DNA of 28,693 nucleotides from a virus: IMG/VR virus record IMGVR_UViG_2840399886_000001, positions 1 to 28,693 of that record; one strand, 5' to 3'. Shown piece by piece: positions 15,400 to 24,503 of this stretch (position 1 is its first letter; each line of letters starts with the position of its first letter). The notes under the pieces were generated by a model. It saw only the letters and a program-made list of their open reading frames with translations, ran no database searches and was not told where the DNA came from. The position numbers and the translations under genes were made by a program.

Positions 15400-16832
15400 T
15401 GGAACTGAATTTTGGAATGGTAGTCGGACTTCCGGAGGAAGAACAGAGCCAACTGAACGAAGTGAAATACATATACGATTACCACAGATCGGCTAACAGA
15501 AAGAAACGCCGGTACTATAATGGAAAAATCACATTGAATGAAGTGAACCTTGGCATTGCATTGCCGTCAGGACTTGGACGATTGGAAATTGGATGCGCCT
15601 GGGGAGCAAAGGCGGTAGATGTATTAGCTTCACGGTCTATGTTCGATGGTTTCGTGGCGGAGAATGGAACAAAGTCTGAAGATATGGATGAGATTATAAA
15701 GAGGAATCACCTGATCACGGAATATAACAAAGCGGTGAAAGAAGAGCTGAAATACGGATGCTCATTCGCAGCTATTTCGGGAGAGGAAAGAGATGCGAAA
15801 GTACGATTTTATTCACCACACTGCGCAGCGGCATCCTGGGATGCGTATAATGGCAGAATCAAATGCGGATTCGCTTTCGAAGATGGGAGAAGAGATGAAT
15901 CAGATTTAAATTGGTCTCCTGAACACGTGAATTTCTACACAGAAACAGATATATGGGAACTGGATCGAGAAGGTGGGACGTGGTATGCGACACAGCATCC
16001 ACATGAATTTGGAGAGCCGATGATGGTTGCTCTGATCTGGGACGCCACGCATGATAAACCATTTGGACAATCCAGACTGAAAGAACCTATTCGAAGATTG
16101 ATCCAAGGATATGTGCGGACAGTAGCGAATGCGACGATTGGACTGGAATTTGCAACTTCACCGCAGAAATATTTGTTGGGTGTATCGGATGAGCAGTATG
16201 ATACTCTGATTGCAGATAAGTTTAAGAGTTATGTTGGCAGTATTCTGCTGGGGACAAATAATCCGGAGACTGGTGAAAAGCCGAATTTCGGACAATTGTC
16301 GCAAGGAAACATAGAACCTCATGTACAGATGCTCCGTATGCTGGCTACACAATATTCAGCCGCAACGGGACTGACTGTGACGGACGTTGGCGTAGTGAAT
16401 GATGCCAATCCAACCTCCAGTGAAGCAATCATAGCACAGTCACAGACCTTGATACTCATGGCTGAACAGCTCAATAAGGCGAATGGTGATGGGCTTTGCA
16501 GAATTGCAAGAATGTCACTTGCGGTGGAGCTTGGAACAACTCCAGATGAATTGGAAGATGGAGCACAAGACATTATTGCACATTTTAAGAATCCGGCCAT
16601 GCCAAGTGTGGCATCTACTGCGGATGCGGCGATTAAGATTGCGACAGCGCGAGAGGGATTCGCACAGACGGATATATTCCTGGAAATGATCGGATTTGAT
16701 CAGGCTGACATCCGAAGAATACGTGCACAGGAGCAGAGGACGAAAGGAGCATCCATTTTGACGGAGGAATTTAAAGATGAAGATATCGACGAAGGCTTGG
16801 GTGGCGTACATAAAGAAGATGTCACAGATTAG
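15399..16832 (+). CDS. Portal protein (SPP1 gp6-like)
   Basis: 477 aa. Position after TerL (TAATG overlap). Acidic C-terminus. Confidence 0.8.
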   Translation: MELNFGMVVGLPEEEQSQLNEVKYIYDYHRSANRKKRRYYNGKITLNEVNLGIALPSGLGRLEIGCAWGAKAVDVLASRSMFDGFVAENGTKSEDMDEIIKRNHLITEYNKAVKEELKYGCSFAAISGEERDAKVRFYSPHCAAASWDAYNGRIKCGFAFEDGRRDESDLNWSPEHVNFYTETDIWELDREGGTWYATQHPHEFGEPMMVALIWDATHDKPFGQSRLKEPIRRLIQGYVRTVANATIGLEFATSPQKYLLGVSDEQYDTLIADKFKSYVGSILLGTNNPETGEKPNFGQLSQGNIEPHVQMLRMLATQYSAATGLTVTDVGVVNDANPTSSEAIIAQSQTLILMAEQLNKANGDGLCRIARMSLAVELGTTPDELEDGAQDIIAHFKNPAMPSVASTADAAIKIATAREGFAQTDIFLEMIGFDQADIRRIRAQEQRTKGASILTEEFKDEDIDEGLGGVHKEDVTD

Positions 16833-18168
16833 CGAGACGGCAGCTGATCTGATGCAGAAGTGGGTGCGGAAAAACGGATTCGGCAATGATAAAGCCTTAT
16901 TGGATTACGCATTTGCACTTTCGCAGCATTACGGACAGGCAATCGGAGCGTTGTCTTGTCAGATGTATGAGGCTACAGCGGCGGCGCAGGGAGTAGTTGT
17001 TCCGACAGCAGAAATTGCAGATCTCCCGGAATACGGAGAAGTGGCAAAAGCAGTTCGCGGAACAATGAAACAGTCTCAGTTGAACGTACCGGCAGCGATA
17101 GCAAGATTGGTAAAGCAGGTCGGAGCTGACACCACTTTGAAAAATGCTATGCGAGATGGTGCGCAGTTTGCGTGGGTACCGCACGGGGACACGTGTTCAT
17201 TTTGCATTACCTTGGCATCCAGAGGATGGCAATATATGTCAAAAAAAGCACTCAGGAATGGACATGCCGAACACATCCATGCGCATTGCGATTGTGAGTA
17301 TGCGGTCAGATTTGACGGAAAGAGTACAGTCGCTGGATATGATCCGGACAAGTATCTGGAAGAATATAACAATGCCGGTGGAGATATTAATGCCATGCGG
17401 AGGATTCGGTACAAGGAAAATAAGGATGCTATTAATGCAAGGAAACGAGAACTGTATGCGGAAAGGAAGGCAAAAACTATTGTAAAGACTCCCCGTTCTG
17501 CTATAATGGAATCAGATTTAGGAATGTTTAAACAAAAACTTCGCAGTGACGGTAATATGGACAAAGAATATTACGACTGTCTAAAGGATAAATTTTCACA
17601 TGGTACAGACGATGCCAAACGACTATTCACAAAATATGCTTCGGGTGATAGCATTGAAAATGCTGTGTATGAAAATACGGCTCGCTATAATACTAAAACG
17701 AAAAAGATATCCATGAATTATGGTGCGGATTTAAAGAATCCACGTGGAGCTGGAGCTACATGGTTCCATGAACACGGTCATTTAGTTGATGATTTAGCTG
17801 GAAATCTATCAGATGATAAGAATTTTATTCAGTTACTGGAAAGTGATTCGTTGTCATATCGTATAGCATATGGTAAAGCACATCATTTGGGCACTTTTGA
17901 TAAAGTTGATAAAGCCATTAGCGAAGAACTTGGAGATATGCGAAAAGATTCGGCAATATCAGATATTTTTGATGGTGTAACACAAGGCAATATAATTGGG
18001 TGTGCATCACATCCGAAGGAATATTGGAAAAACCGGGACAATGTTACATCCGAGGCTTTTGCACATATGTTTGAAGCACAGTTTGATAAAGAAAGATATG
18101 AACAAATGAAAAAATATTTTCCAAATGCATTGGAATATTTTGAAAAAAGGATGAAGGAGGCGTTATAA
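16777..18168 (+). CDS. MuF/SPP1 gp7-like minor head protein fused to a C-terminal anthrax-lethal-factor-like (ATLF) HExxH metallopeptidase domain
   Basis: N-terminal half: FAWVPHGDTCSFCITLASRGW...HAHCDCEY (MuF signature). C-terminal half: WFHEHGHLVDDLAGNLSDDKNF and TSEAFAHMFEAQF, resembling LF HEFGHAVDDYAGYLLDKNQ and EFFAEAFRLM. GGAGGAA RBS. Confidence 0.7.
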   Translation: MKISTKAWVAYIKKMSQISETAADLMQKWVRKNGFGNDKALLDYAFALSQHYGQAIGALSCQMYEATAAAQGVVVPTAEIADLPEYGEVAKAVRGTMKQSQLNVPAAIARLVKQVGADTTLKNAMRDGAQFAWVPHGDTCSFCITLASRGWQYMSKKALRNGHAEHIHAHCDCEYAVRFDGKSTVAGYDPDKYLEEYNNAGGDINAMRRIRYKENKDAINARKRELYAERKAKTIVKTPRSAIMESDLGMFKQKLRSDGNMDKEYYDCLKDKFSHGTDDAKRLFTKYASGDSIENAVYENTARYNTKTKKISMNYGADLKNPRGAGATWFHEHGHLVDDLAGNLSDDKNFIQLLESDSLSYRIAYGKAHHLGTFDKVDKAISEELGDMRKDSAISDIFDGVTQGNIIGCASHPKEYWKNRDNVTSEAFAHMFEAQFDKERYEQMKKYFPNALEYFEKRMKEAL

Positions 18169-18384
18169 ATGAATGTTCTGAACCCAAAGTTTGAAAAAGC
18201 GCATAAGGATTTTGTACTTCATTTCGGATATTGTCCTCAGATTCCGAATGAAATCGATTTTGATCAGTCTAAATATGCGGACGATCTCTTAAAAAGTGTA
18301 GCCGATAATTATGATTACACGACTGAAAAATATGGTACGCAAGTGCCTAAAAAGTATCCTAAACCGAAAATAATAATTGATTAG
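18169..18384 (+). CDS. Small protein translationally coupled to the MuF-ATLF gene (candidate immunity/inhibitor)
   Basis: 71 aa. The ATG directly abuts the upstream TAA. No recognisable family. Confidence 0.5.
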   Translation: MNVLNPKFEKAHKDFVLHFGYCPQIPNEIDFDQSKYADDLLKSVADNYDYTTEKYGTQVPKKYPKPKIIID

Positions 18385-18424
18385 CATCATATGAGTGCGG
18401 ACTATAAAATAACAAGAGCAGTAG

Positions 18425-18459
18425 ATACCACCGATCAGAAATGGTTGGTGGTATTTTTA
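18425..18459 (+). terminator. Rho-independent terminator
   Basis: ATACCACC (18425-18432) / GGTGGTAT (18447-18454) followed by TTTTTAT. Confidence 0.6.
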
Positions 18460-18486
18460 TACCTATTTTCCGGGAGGTGATAGAAC

Positions 18487-18555
18487 ATGGCTACATCAAC
18501 AATAAATATCTTGATCATTTGCATTGCGGTATTTGCTATATGCAAATTTACATAG
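18487..18555 (+). CDS. Tiny hydrophobic peptide (22 aa, MATSTINILIICIAVFAICKFT)
   Basis: Not in the ORF track. GGGAGGTGA RBS 6 nt upstream. Bracketed by two terminator hairpins. Confidence 0.4.
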   Translation: MATSTINILIICIAVFAICKFT

Positions 18556-18576
18556 CAATTAAATACAGATAATTTT

Positions 18577-18604
18577 GCCACGCAGAGATGCGTGGTATTT
18601 TTAT
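18577..18604 (+). terminator. Rho-independent terminator
   Basis: CCACGCA (18578-18584) - GAGA - TGCGTGG (18589-18595) followed by TATTTTTA. Confidence 0.65.
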
Positions 18605-18660
18605 GGCAACGCATGCCTTAAATGCGGTAACTATAAGCACTCAATCAGGAGGGAAACAAA

Positions 18661-19107
18661 ATGGCAGACGATAAAACATTTACTCAGGCTGAAATGGATT
18701 CAATCATCGAGGGACGCCTCGCGAGAGAACGTGAAAAATACGCAGACTACGACAGCTTGAAGGACAAGGCTGGTAAGTATGATGAGATGCAGGCAAAGGG
18801 AAAGACAGATCTTGAGAAAGAAAAAGAGAAGTCCAGCTCTTTGGAGGCCGAACTCAACAAGCTTAAAAAAGCTGACACTGTGAGACAGGCAAGAGAAAAA
18901 GTAGCAAAAGACACTAGCGTACCGGTGGAATTACTGACAGGTGAGGATGAAGAAACCTGCAAGAAACAGGCGGAAGCAATTATGAAATTTGCGAAGCCGA
19001 AGAGCTATCCGGGAACTAGGGGAAACAGAGGACGCGCGACAGAACATCATGAAAAGGATGATGCAATGAGAGAATTTGCGCGTCAGATTTTTGGTAAAGG
19101 AGAATAA
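18661..19107 (+). CDS. Capsid scaffolding protein
   Basis: MADDKTFTQAEMDSIIEGRLAREREKY... Charged coiled coil (DUF4355-like). Position before the capsid gene. AGGAGGG RBS. Confidence 0.75.
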   Translation: MADDKTFTQAEMDSIIEGRLAREREKYADYDSLKDKAGKYDEMQAKGKTDLEKEKEKSSSLEAELNKLKKADTVRQAREKVAKDTSVPVELLTGEDEETCKKQAEAIMKFAKPKSYPGTRGNRGRATEHHEKDDAMREFARQIFGKGE

Positions 19108-19112
19108 AGAGT

Positions 19113-20006
19113 ATGGCAGCATTAATTACATCAGATTTTGAAATCCCGGCAGAGATTTCAGCAGGAATTTTTGAAAAAGCGCAGAAGGGTTCGACCCTGG
19201 CGCAGCTGTCTGGGGCAAGACCTCAGAAGTTTGGCAAACAGCAGGTATTTGTACTGACTGCACCGCCAAAAGCGGAATTGGTAGGAGAAGCGGCACAGAA
19301 GTCACCAACGCCGGCGTCTTACTCATCAAAAACGGTTAATCCGTTCAAATTGCAGGTGACAATGAGATTTTCACAGGAAGTGCAGTGGGCAGATGAGGAT
19401 ACACAGATTGGAGTATTACAGGATCTGGCATCCAATGCAGGTATTGCGCTTGGAAGAGCATTGGATCTCGTAGGTATTCATAAGATCAATCCGTTGACTG
19501 GCACGGTATCAGAACTTGTTAAAGAAGGTCTGATTGACACAAAACAGTTAATTACACTTGTGGGTACAAAGTACGACGAAGCGGTAGAAGCAGCAGCGGG
19601 AACTGTAATCTCAGCCGGTTATACACCGACAGGAATTGCAATGGATCCGGCGCTTTCGTTTGGACTGTCTACCATGAGAGACACAACTGGAAGAAAAATC
19701 TATCCAGAGCTTGGATTCGGACAGAACATTACCAACTTTGCAGGAATGAATGCAGCTGTTTCTGATACAGTATCAGCAAAGAATGAGATTAGCGTTGCAT
19801 CTAAACTACTTGGGATCACAGGACAGTTTGATGCGTTCCGTTGGGGTGTGCAGAGATCCATCGGAGCACACCTGATTGAATATGGTGATCCGGACGGACT
19901 TGGAGACCTCCAGAGGAGCAACCAGGTTGCAATCCGTGCAGAGATTGTATACGGAATTGGAATCATGGACAGCAACGCATTTGCGAAAATTGTGAGTGGT
20001 GAATAG
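19113..20006 (+). CDS. Major capsid protein
   Basis: 297 aa. Position after the scaffold gene. AAAGGAGAA RBS. Confidence 0.75.
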   Translation: MAALITSDFEIPAEISAGIFEKAQKGSTLAQLSGARPQKFGKQQVFVLTAPPKAELVGEAAQKSPTPASYSSKTVNPFKLQVTMRFSQEVQWADEDTQIGVLQDLASNAGIALGRALDLVGIHKINPLTGTVSELVKEGLIDTKQLITLVGTKYDEAVEAAAGTVISAGYTPTGIAMDPALSFGLSTMRDTTGRKIYPELGFGQNITNFAGMNAAVSDTVSAKNEISVASKLLGITGQFDAFRWGVQRSIGAHLIEYGDPDGLGDLQRSNQVAIRAEIVYGIGIMDSNAFAKIVSGE

Positions 20007-20007
20007 G

Positions 20008-20169
20008 ATGAAGTATTTGTATAAAAATACGGGCGTGGTAGTGGAGTCTAGCGTAGAGCTGGACCCCGCTATTTTTATGCCTTATAAAGAGCCCGAACCG
20101 GCGAAAGAAGAAAAGTCACAAGCAAAGACTCCTGCGAGAAAAACAGCAACAAGAGCGAAAAAGAAGTAG
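20008..20169 (+). CDS. Small basic-tailed protein (53 aa)
   Basis: Not in the ORF track. ATG lies 1 nt after the capsid stop. Ends ...KTPARKTATRAKKK. Confidence 0.4.
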   Translation: MKYLYKNTGVVVESSVELDPAIFMPYKEPEPAKEEKSQAKTPARKTATRAKKK

Positions 20170-20177
20170 GTGTAAAT

Positions 20178-20555
20178 ATGGCTTATGCAACATTTGAAGA
20201 TATTATAAAACGCAAGCATTTGGAGACATCAGAAATGGAGCGTTGTGATGCATTACTCGAAGATGCAGCAATTATTATCGATGCGTACAATGCCAAAGCA
20301 TCATCAGATGCAAAGAGGCTCGTATCTTGTAATATGGTAATTCGGGCGATTGGAAATCGCGATGAGAGCATACCGATTGGAGCGACACAAGGAACAATGT
20401 CGGCATTGGGATATTCGCAAAGCTGGACCAGTGCCGGTGGAAGTGGGGAATTATACCTAACAAAACTGGAAAAGAAGATTCTGGGAGCAGGAAACCACAT
20501 CGGATTCTCGAATCCATATTCGAATATTCCGGATAAGGAGGTCTCGGATGATTAA
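20178..20555 (+). CDS. Head-tail connector (gp6/gp15-like DNA-packaging protein)
   Basis: MAYATFEDIIKR...ERCDALLEDAAIIID is typical of Phage_connect_1-type proteins. Position supports the call. Confidence 0.65.
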   Translation: MAYATFEDIIKRKHLETSEMERCDALLEDAAIIIDAYNAKASSDAKRLVSCNMVIRAIGNRDESIPIGATQGTMSALGYSQSWTSAGGSGELYLTKLEKKILGAGNHIGFSNPYSNIPDKEVSDD

Positions 20556-20880
20556 AGGAATGCCGGTTAAACTGTATGAACGGGTACTGTCTGGTACAGA
20601 TGAATTTGACCATCCAGTGTACACTGAAACCCCGGTGATAGTTGAAAATGTGCTAGTGGCTCCGGCATCGACCACGGAGATTCTTGACACATTGAACCTG
20701 ACTGGAAAGAAAGCAGTATACAACATTGCAATCCCGAAAGGAGATAGTCACACCTGGCAGGATTGCCGGGTAGATTTTTTTGGTCAGTCCTGGAGGGTGA
20801 TCGGACTCCCGCAGCAGGGAATTGATGAGAATATACCAGGTGCCTGGAATCAGAAGTGGATGGTGGAGCGGTATGAGTAA
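20548..20880 (+). CDS. Head closure / head-tail adaptor protein (tentative)
   Basis: AAGGAGG RBS; 110 aa; position. Confidence 0.5.
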   Translation: MIKGMPVKLYERVLSGTDEFDHPVYTETPVIVENVLVAPASTTEILDTLNLTGKKAVYNIAIPKGDSHTWQDCRVDFFGQSWRVIGLPQQGIDENIPGAWNQKWMVERYE

Positions 20881-21100
20881 GAACAAGGTAAGAATCGAAC
20901 TGAATCGCGCAGGCGTCAGAGAGTTGATGCAATCGCCAGAAATGCAGGCGGTATTACTGGAACAGGCAAATAAAATAGCATCAGCATCCGAAACAGAGAC
21001 TTATGTGGCTCAGACCAGAGCTGTTACAGCTGTGTATGGGGATGATGGAAATAATGGATTGTTGAAGGCGGTTGGAAAACATGGTGGAAAAAACCATTAA
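20873..21100 (+). CDS. Neck / head-tail joining protein candidate
   Basis: Start at MSKNKVRIELNRAG (ATGA overlap); position. Confidence 0.4.
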   Translation: MSKNKVRIELNRAGVRELMQSPEMQAVLLEQANKIASASETETYVAQTRAVTAVYGDDGNNGLLKAVGKHGGKNH

Positions 21101-21416
21101 GGATTATCTGCAAACTAGCCTGGGAATACCGGTTAGGCTAGAAGAGGAAGACAATCTCGGAAATGAATATGTATTGATTGAAAAGACTGGATCTGGCGCA
21201 GAAGACCATATCAAACGGGCGACGCTAGCTATCCAGTCTTATTCTATGTCCCTTTATGGGGCAGCAGAGCTCAATGAGCGAGTAAAAGAAGCAATGGAAA
21301 AATGTATAGAACTGGATGATATCTGCCGGTGCGATCTGAACAGCGATTACAACTATACAGATACAAGTCGTAAGAAATACCGTTATCAGGCGGTATTTGA
21401 TATTGTCCATTATTAA
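21081..21416 (+). CDS. Tail completion / tail terminator protein (SPP1 gp17-like)
   Basis: ATG 21081 preferred (TTG 21072 possible). ...ATLAIQSYSMS...KYRYQAVFDIVHY pattern. Confidence 0.5.
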   Translation: MVEKTIKDYLQTSLGIPVRLEEEDNLGNEYVLIEKTGSGAEDHIKRATLAIQSYSMSLYGAAELNERVKEAMEKCIELDDICRCDLNSDYNYTDTSRKKYRYQAVFDIVHY

Positions 21417-21428
21417 GGAGGGAATAGA

Positions 21429-21989
21429 ATGTCAGATGCGAAAAATGTAAGTGCTGCCAAGCCGAAAGTTGGTGGCGCTATTCATCGGGCACCACTTGGA
21501 ACGAAGCTTCCGACCGACGCGAAAATGCAACTAGATACAGCGTTCCAGTCGCTTGGTTATTGCTCCGAAGACGGAGTTTCGAATAATAATAGTCCAGAAT
21601 CAGATAACACAAAAGCATGGGGCGGTGATACGGTGCTAAATCAGCAGACGAGCAAAGAAGACAGCTATAAATTTAAGCTGCTCGAAGTATTGAACGTGAA
21701 CGTTCTGAAAGCGGTATATGGAGATGAAAACGTAACTGGTGATCTGAAAGCTGGAATTACTATTAAAGCGAACAATAAAGAAATGGAAGCTTGCGCATGG
21801 GTAATTGACATGATTCTGAAAGGAGCTTTGATGCGAATTGTAATCCCATCAGCTTCGGTGACGGAGGTTGCCGAAATCAAGTATGCAGCAGAAGCGATTG
21901 GATATGAAACGACAATCAAAGCCACACCAGACGCAACAGGACAGACGCATTACACATATATCATCGAGAGCGAAGGGGGCAAAGAATAA
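21429..21989 (+). CDS. Major tail protein
   Basis: 186 aa. AAGGAGGG RBS. Position before the chaperone pair. Confidence 0.7.
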   Translation: MSDAKNVSAAKPKVGGAIHRAPLGTKLPTDAKMQLDTAFQSLGYCSEDGVSNNNSPESDNTKAWGGDTVLNQQTSKEDSYKFKLLEVLNVNVLKAVYGDENVTGDLKAGITIKANNKEMEACAWVIDMILKGALMRIVIPSASVTEVAEIKYAAEAIGYETTIKATPDATGQTHYTYIIESEGGKE

Positions 21990-22255
21990 TGATTACCGGA
22001 AAAACAGAAAGTGGATTTGAATTTCAGCTCGATGAAGAGAATCTGGATGATTATGAGCTGTTAGAGAATCTCTGTGATATTGACAATGGAGATGCATCGA
22101 AAATTACAATTGCGGCGAATCAGCTGCTTGGCAAGGAACAGATGAAAGCATTGAAAGAACATGTCAGAAATGAGAAAGGAAGAGTATCTGCGGCGAAGAT
22201 GATCGAAGAGATCACACAGATATTCAAGAATCAGTCAGGACCAAAAAACTCATGA
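21989..22255 (+). CDS. Tail assembly chaperone (gpG analogue)
   Basis: 88 aa, acidic. Ends just after the slippery heptamer. Confidence 0.7.
   Translation: MITGKTESGFEFQLDEENLDDYELLENLCDIDNGDASKITIAANQLLGKEQMKALKEHVRNEKGRVSAAKMIEEITQIFKNQSGPKNS
22243..22249 (+). promoter_or_regulatory. -1 programmed ribosomal frameshift slippery site A_AAA_AAC
   Basis: The zero frame reads CCA AAA AAC TCA TGA. The downstream ORF (22252-22635) is in the -1 frame relative to 21989-22255. Confidence 0.7.
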
Positions 22256-22635
22256 TCCTCGCCCACATGATAAATACGGATGAAAATGCGTTGATCTGCG
22301 ATCTGGCAGAGACGTATCACATCTATGATTATAGATCCCTACCATTGCACATGGTGGGGATTTATGCATGTGGGTTGAGGCCTGATTCGAGAATCGGAAT
22401 GAGGATATCTAACTCAAAGCTCACAACAGATCAGACAATCCTCGCTCTAATCGCAGACAACACCAGAGCGCTTGCCTGGTTGAACAGTGCGGATGGAGCA
22501 AAAGGGGTAAATAGACCAAAGTCTCTGATTGCGGCACTGCTTGATGAACAGACGGAAGAACGAGACATTGAAACATTTGAGTCCGGCCAGGACTTTGACG
22601 ATGAGTGGAGACGTCGAACAGGAGGTGAGAAGTAG
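22252..22635 (+). CDS. Tail assembly chaperone, frameshift extension (gpT analogue, Gp15-like)
   Basis: -1 frame relative to the upstream chaperone gene. Precedes the tape measure gene. Confidence 0.65.
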   Translation: MILAHMINTDENALICDLAETYHIYDYRSLPLHMVGIYACGLRPDSRIGMRISNSKLTTDQTILALIADNTRALAWLNSADGAKGVNRPKSLIAALLDEQTEERDIETFESGQDFDDEWRRRTGGEK

Positions 22636-24503
22636 TGGCCACAGAACTTGCGAAGGCTTACGTGCAGATCATACCGTCTGCAGAGGGCATCAGTGAAAAA
22701 ATCAAAGAAGAGATAGATCCGGGAGCGACGCCGGCAGGAGAATCGTTTGGCTCAAAATTGGTCGGTACGATTAAAAAAGTACTTGCGGCAGCAGCGATTG
22801 GAAAAGTCCTGAAAGCAACGATCCTGGAAGGTGCGGATTTGGAGCAGAGTCTTGGCGGTATAGAGACACTGTTTAAAGATTCTGCAGATAAGGTCAAGGC
22901 GAATGCCGCAAGGGCTTACCAGACAGCGGGCATGAGCGCTAATGAGTACATGGAACTGACCACCAGCTTCTCAGCGAGTCTATTGTCGAGTCTTAGTAAT
23001 GACACTTCGAAAGCGGCGGATATTGCAGATATGGCTATGACAGATATGTCCGATAATGCTAATAAGATGGGCACCAACATGGAGGACATCAAGAACGCCT
23101 ACCAGGGATTCGCAAAGCAGAATTACACGATGTTGGATAACCTGAAGTTAGGATACGGCGGCACAAAGACAGAGATGGAACGACTCCTTGCTGACGCTCA
23201 GAAAATCACCGGCGTGAAGTACGACATCAATAATTTGTCAGATGTGTATTCAGCAATCCATGTTATTCAGGGGCAGCTTGATATTACCGGAACAACTGCG
23301 AAAGAAGCGGCAACAACCTTATCGGGATCGTTCGATTCCATGAAGGCAGCAGCCAAGAATGTCATGGGAGAGATTGCGCTGGGAATGGATGTAAAACCGG
23401 CTTTGAATGCATTATCAGAGACGATTACTACATTTGTAGTGGGGAATCTTCTTCCGGAAGTATGGAATGTGCTATCAGCACTTCCGGGAGCACTTGTGAG
23501 CTTTATAGGAACTCTTATACCGCAGATTGTAACGGCATTGATGGAATTCGTACCGCAGGTGCAGGAACAGATTGTGGCAGCAGGACCACAATTCTATGAA
23601 ATGGCAAGCAATATGATTAGTGGATTAAGCATCGGAATTCACACACAGCTCCCAAATTTGTTGCAGGATGGCGTCGAGATGCTTACAAATATCATAAATG
23701 GGATACTACAGAATTTGCCGCAGCTTATAACGATGGGTGGAGAACTTATTATTCAGTTTTTGAATGCCATATTACCGGCATTACCGATGGCATTAGAAGC
23801 TGGCGCACAACTGTTGCTAAATATCGTAAATGGAATTATCAATAATCTACCACAGATTGTCGTTGCAGTGGCGCAACTTATGATAAAATTTCGGGCAACA
23901 GTAGGTCAGCATCTACCACAGATTTTACAGACCGGAATTGAGATCATCGGAAAATTGGCAGCAGGACTCATCCGAGCAATACCGACACTGGTCGGAAAGA
24001 TACCACAGATTATTACGGGAATAAAGTCGGCTTTCTCGAATGTCGATTGGGGATCGGTTGGTCATAATATTATCCGGGGAATCGCGAATGGACTTAAGAA
24101 CGCAGGAAGTATGCTGTGGGATGCGGTAAAAGGCGTTCTTGGAAGTTTCAAAGATAATGTGCTGTCATTCTTTGGAATTCATTCTCCATCACGCTGGGGC
24201 ATCTATGTCGGACAGATGATTGATGCAGGTTTCGCAAAAGGTATTATCGGTGATCTTCCGGCAGTGAATTCGGCAGTTGACCAGATACGTGCAGTAGCAA
24301 TGAGCCCATTTGCGAACGCAAGCCTCAGCTATGACATGCAGGGGACAACAAACGTATCCAGAGATGCCGACCAGGAAACGGTTAATCGTCTGGATATTCT
24401 GATCGCGTTGTTACGAGCAATCCTAAATGGAAGAAACGATGGAACATTTAGTGAGCGCGAGCTAGTCCGCGCACTGAGAGATATGGGGGTTGTATTTGCA
24501 TGA
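22635..24503 (+). CDS. Tail tape measure protein
   Basis: 622 aa. GTG start after GGAGGTGAG. MATELAKAYVQIIPS N-terminus. Repetitive helical/hydrophobic middle (NGILQNLPQL / NGIINNLPQI). Confidence 0.9.
   Translation: MATELAKAYVQIIPSAEGISEKIKEEIDPGATPAGESFGSKLVGTIKKVLAAAAIGKVLKATILEGADLEQSLGGIETLFKDSADKVKANAARAYQTAGMSANEYMELTTSFSASLLSSLSNDTSKAADIADMAMTDMSDNANKMGTNMEDIKNAYQGFAKQNYTMLDNLKLGYGGTKTEMERLLADAQKITGVKYDINNLSDVYSAIHVIQGQLDITGTTAKEAATTLSGSFDSMKAAAKNVMGEIALGMDVKPALNALSETITTFVVGNLLPEVWNVLSALPGALVSFIGTLIPQIVTALMEFVPQVQEQIVAAGPQFYEMASNMISGLSIGIHTQLPNLLQDGVEMLTNIINGILQNLPQLITMGGELIIQFLNAILPALPMALEAGAQLLLNIVNGIINNLPQIVVAVAQLMIKFRATVGQHLPQILQTGIEIIGKLAAGLIRAIPTLVGKIPQIITGIKSAFSNVDWGSVGHNIIRGIANGLKNAGSMLWDAVKGVLGSFKDNVLSFFGIHSPSRWGIYVGQMIDAGFAKGIIGDLPAVNSAVDQIRAVAMSPFANASLSYDMQGTTNVSRDADQETVNRLDILIALLRAILNGRNDGTFSERELVRALRDMGVVFA

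Noticed and set aside
14049-15485. Multiple minus-strand ORFs (up to 179 aa) within the terminase gene
   Set aside because: Shadow ORFs opposite a gene with clear Walker A/B motifs. Ser/Pro/Arg-rich composition typical of antisense frames.
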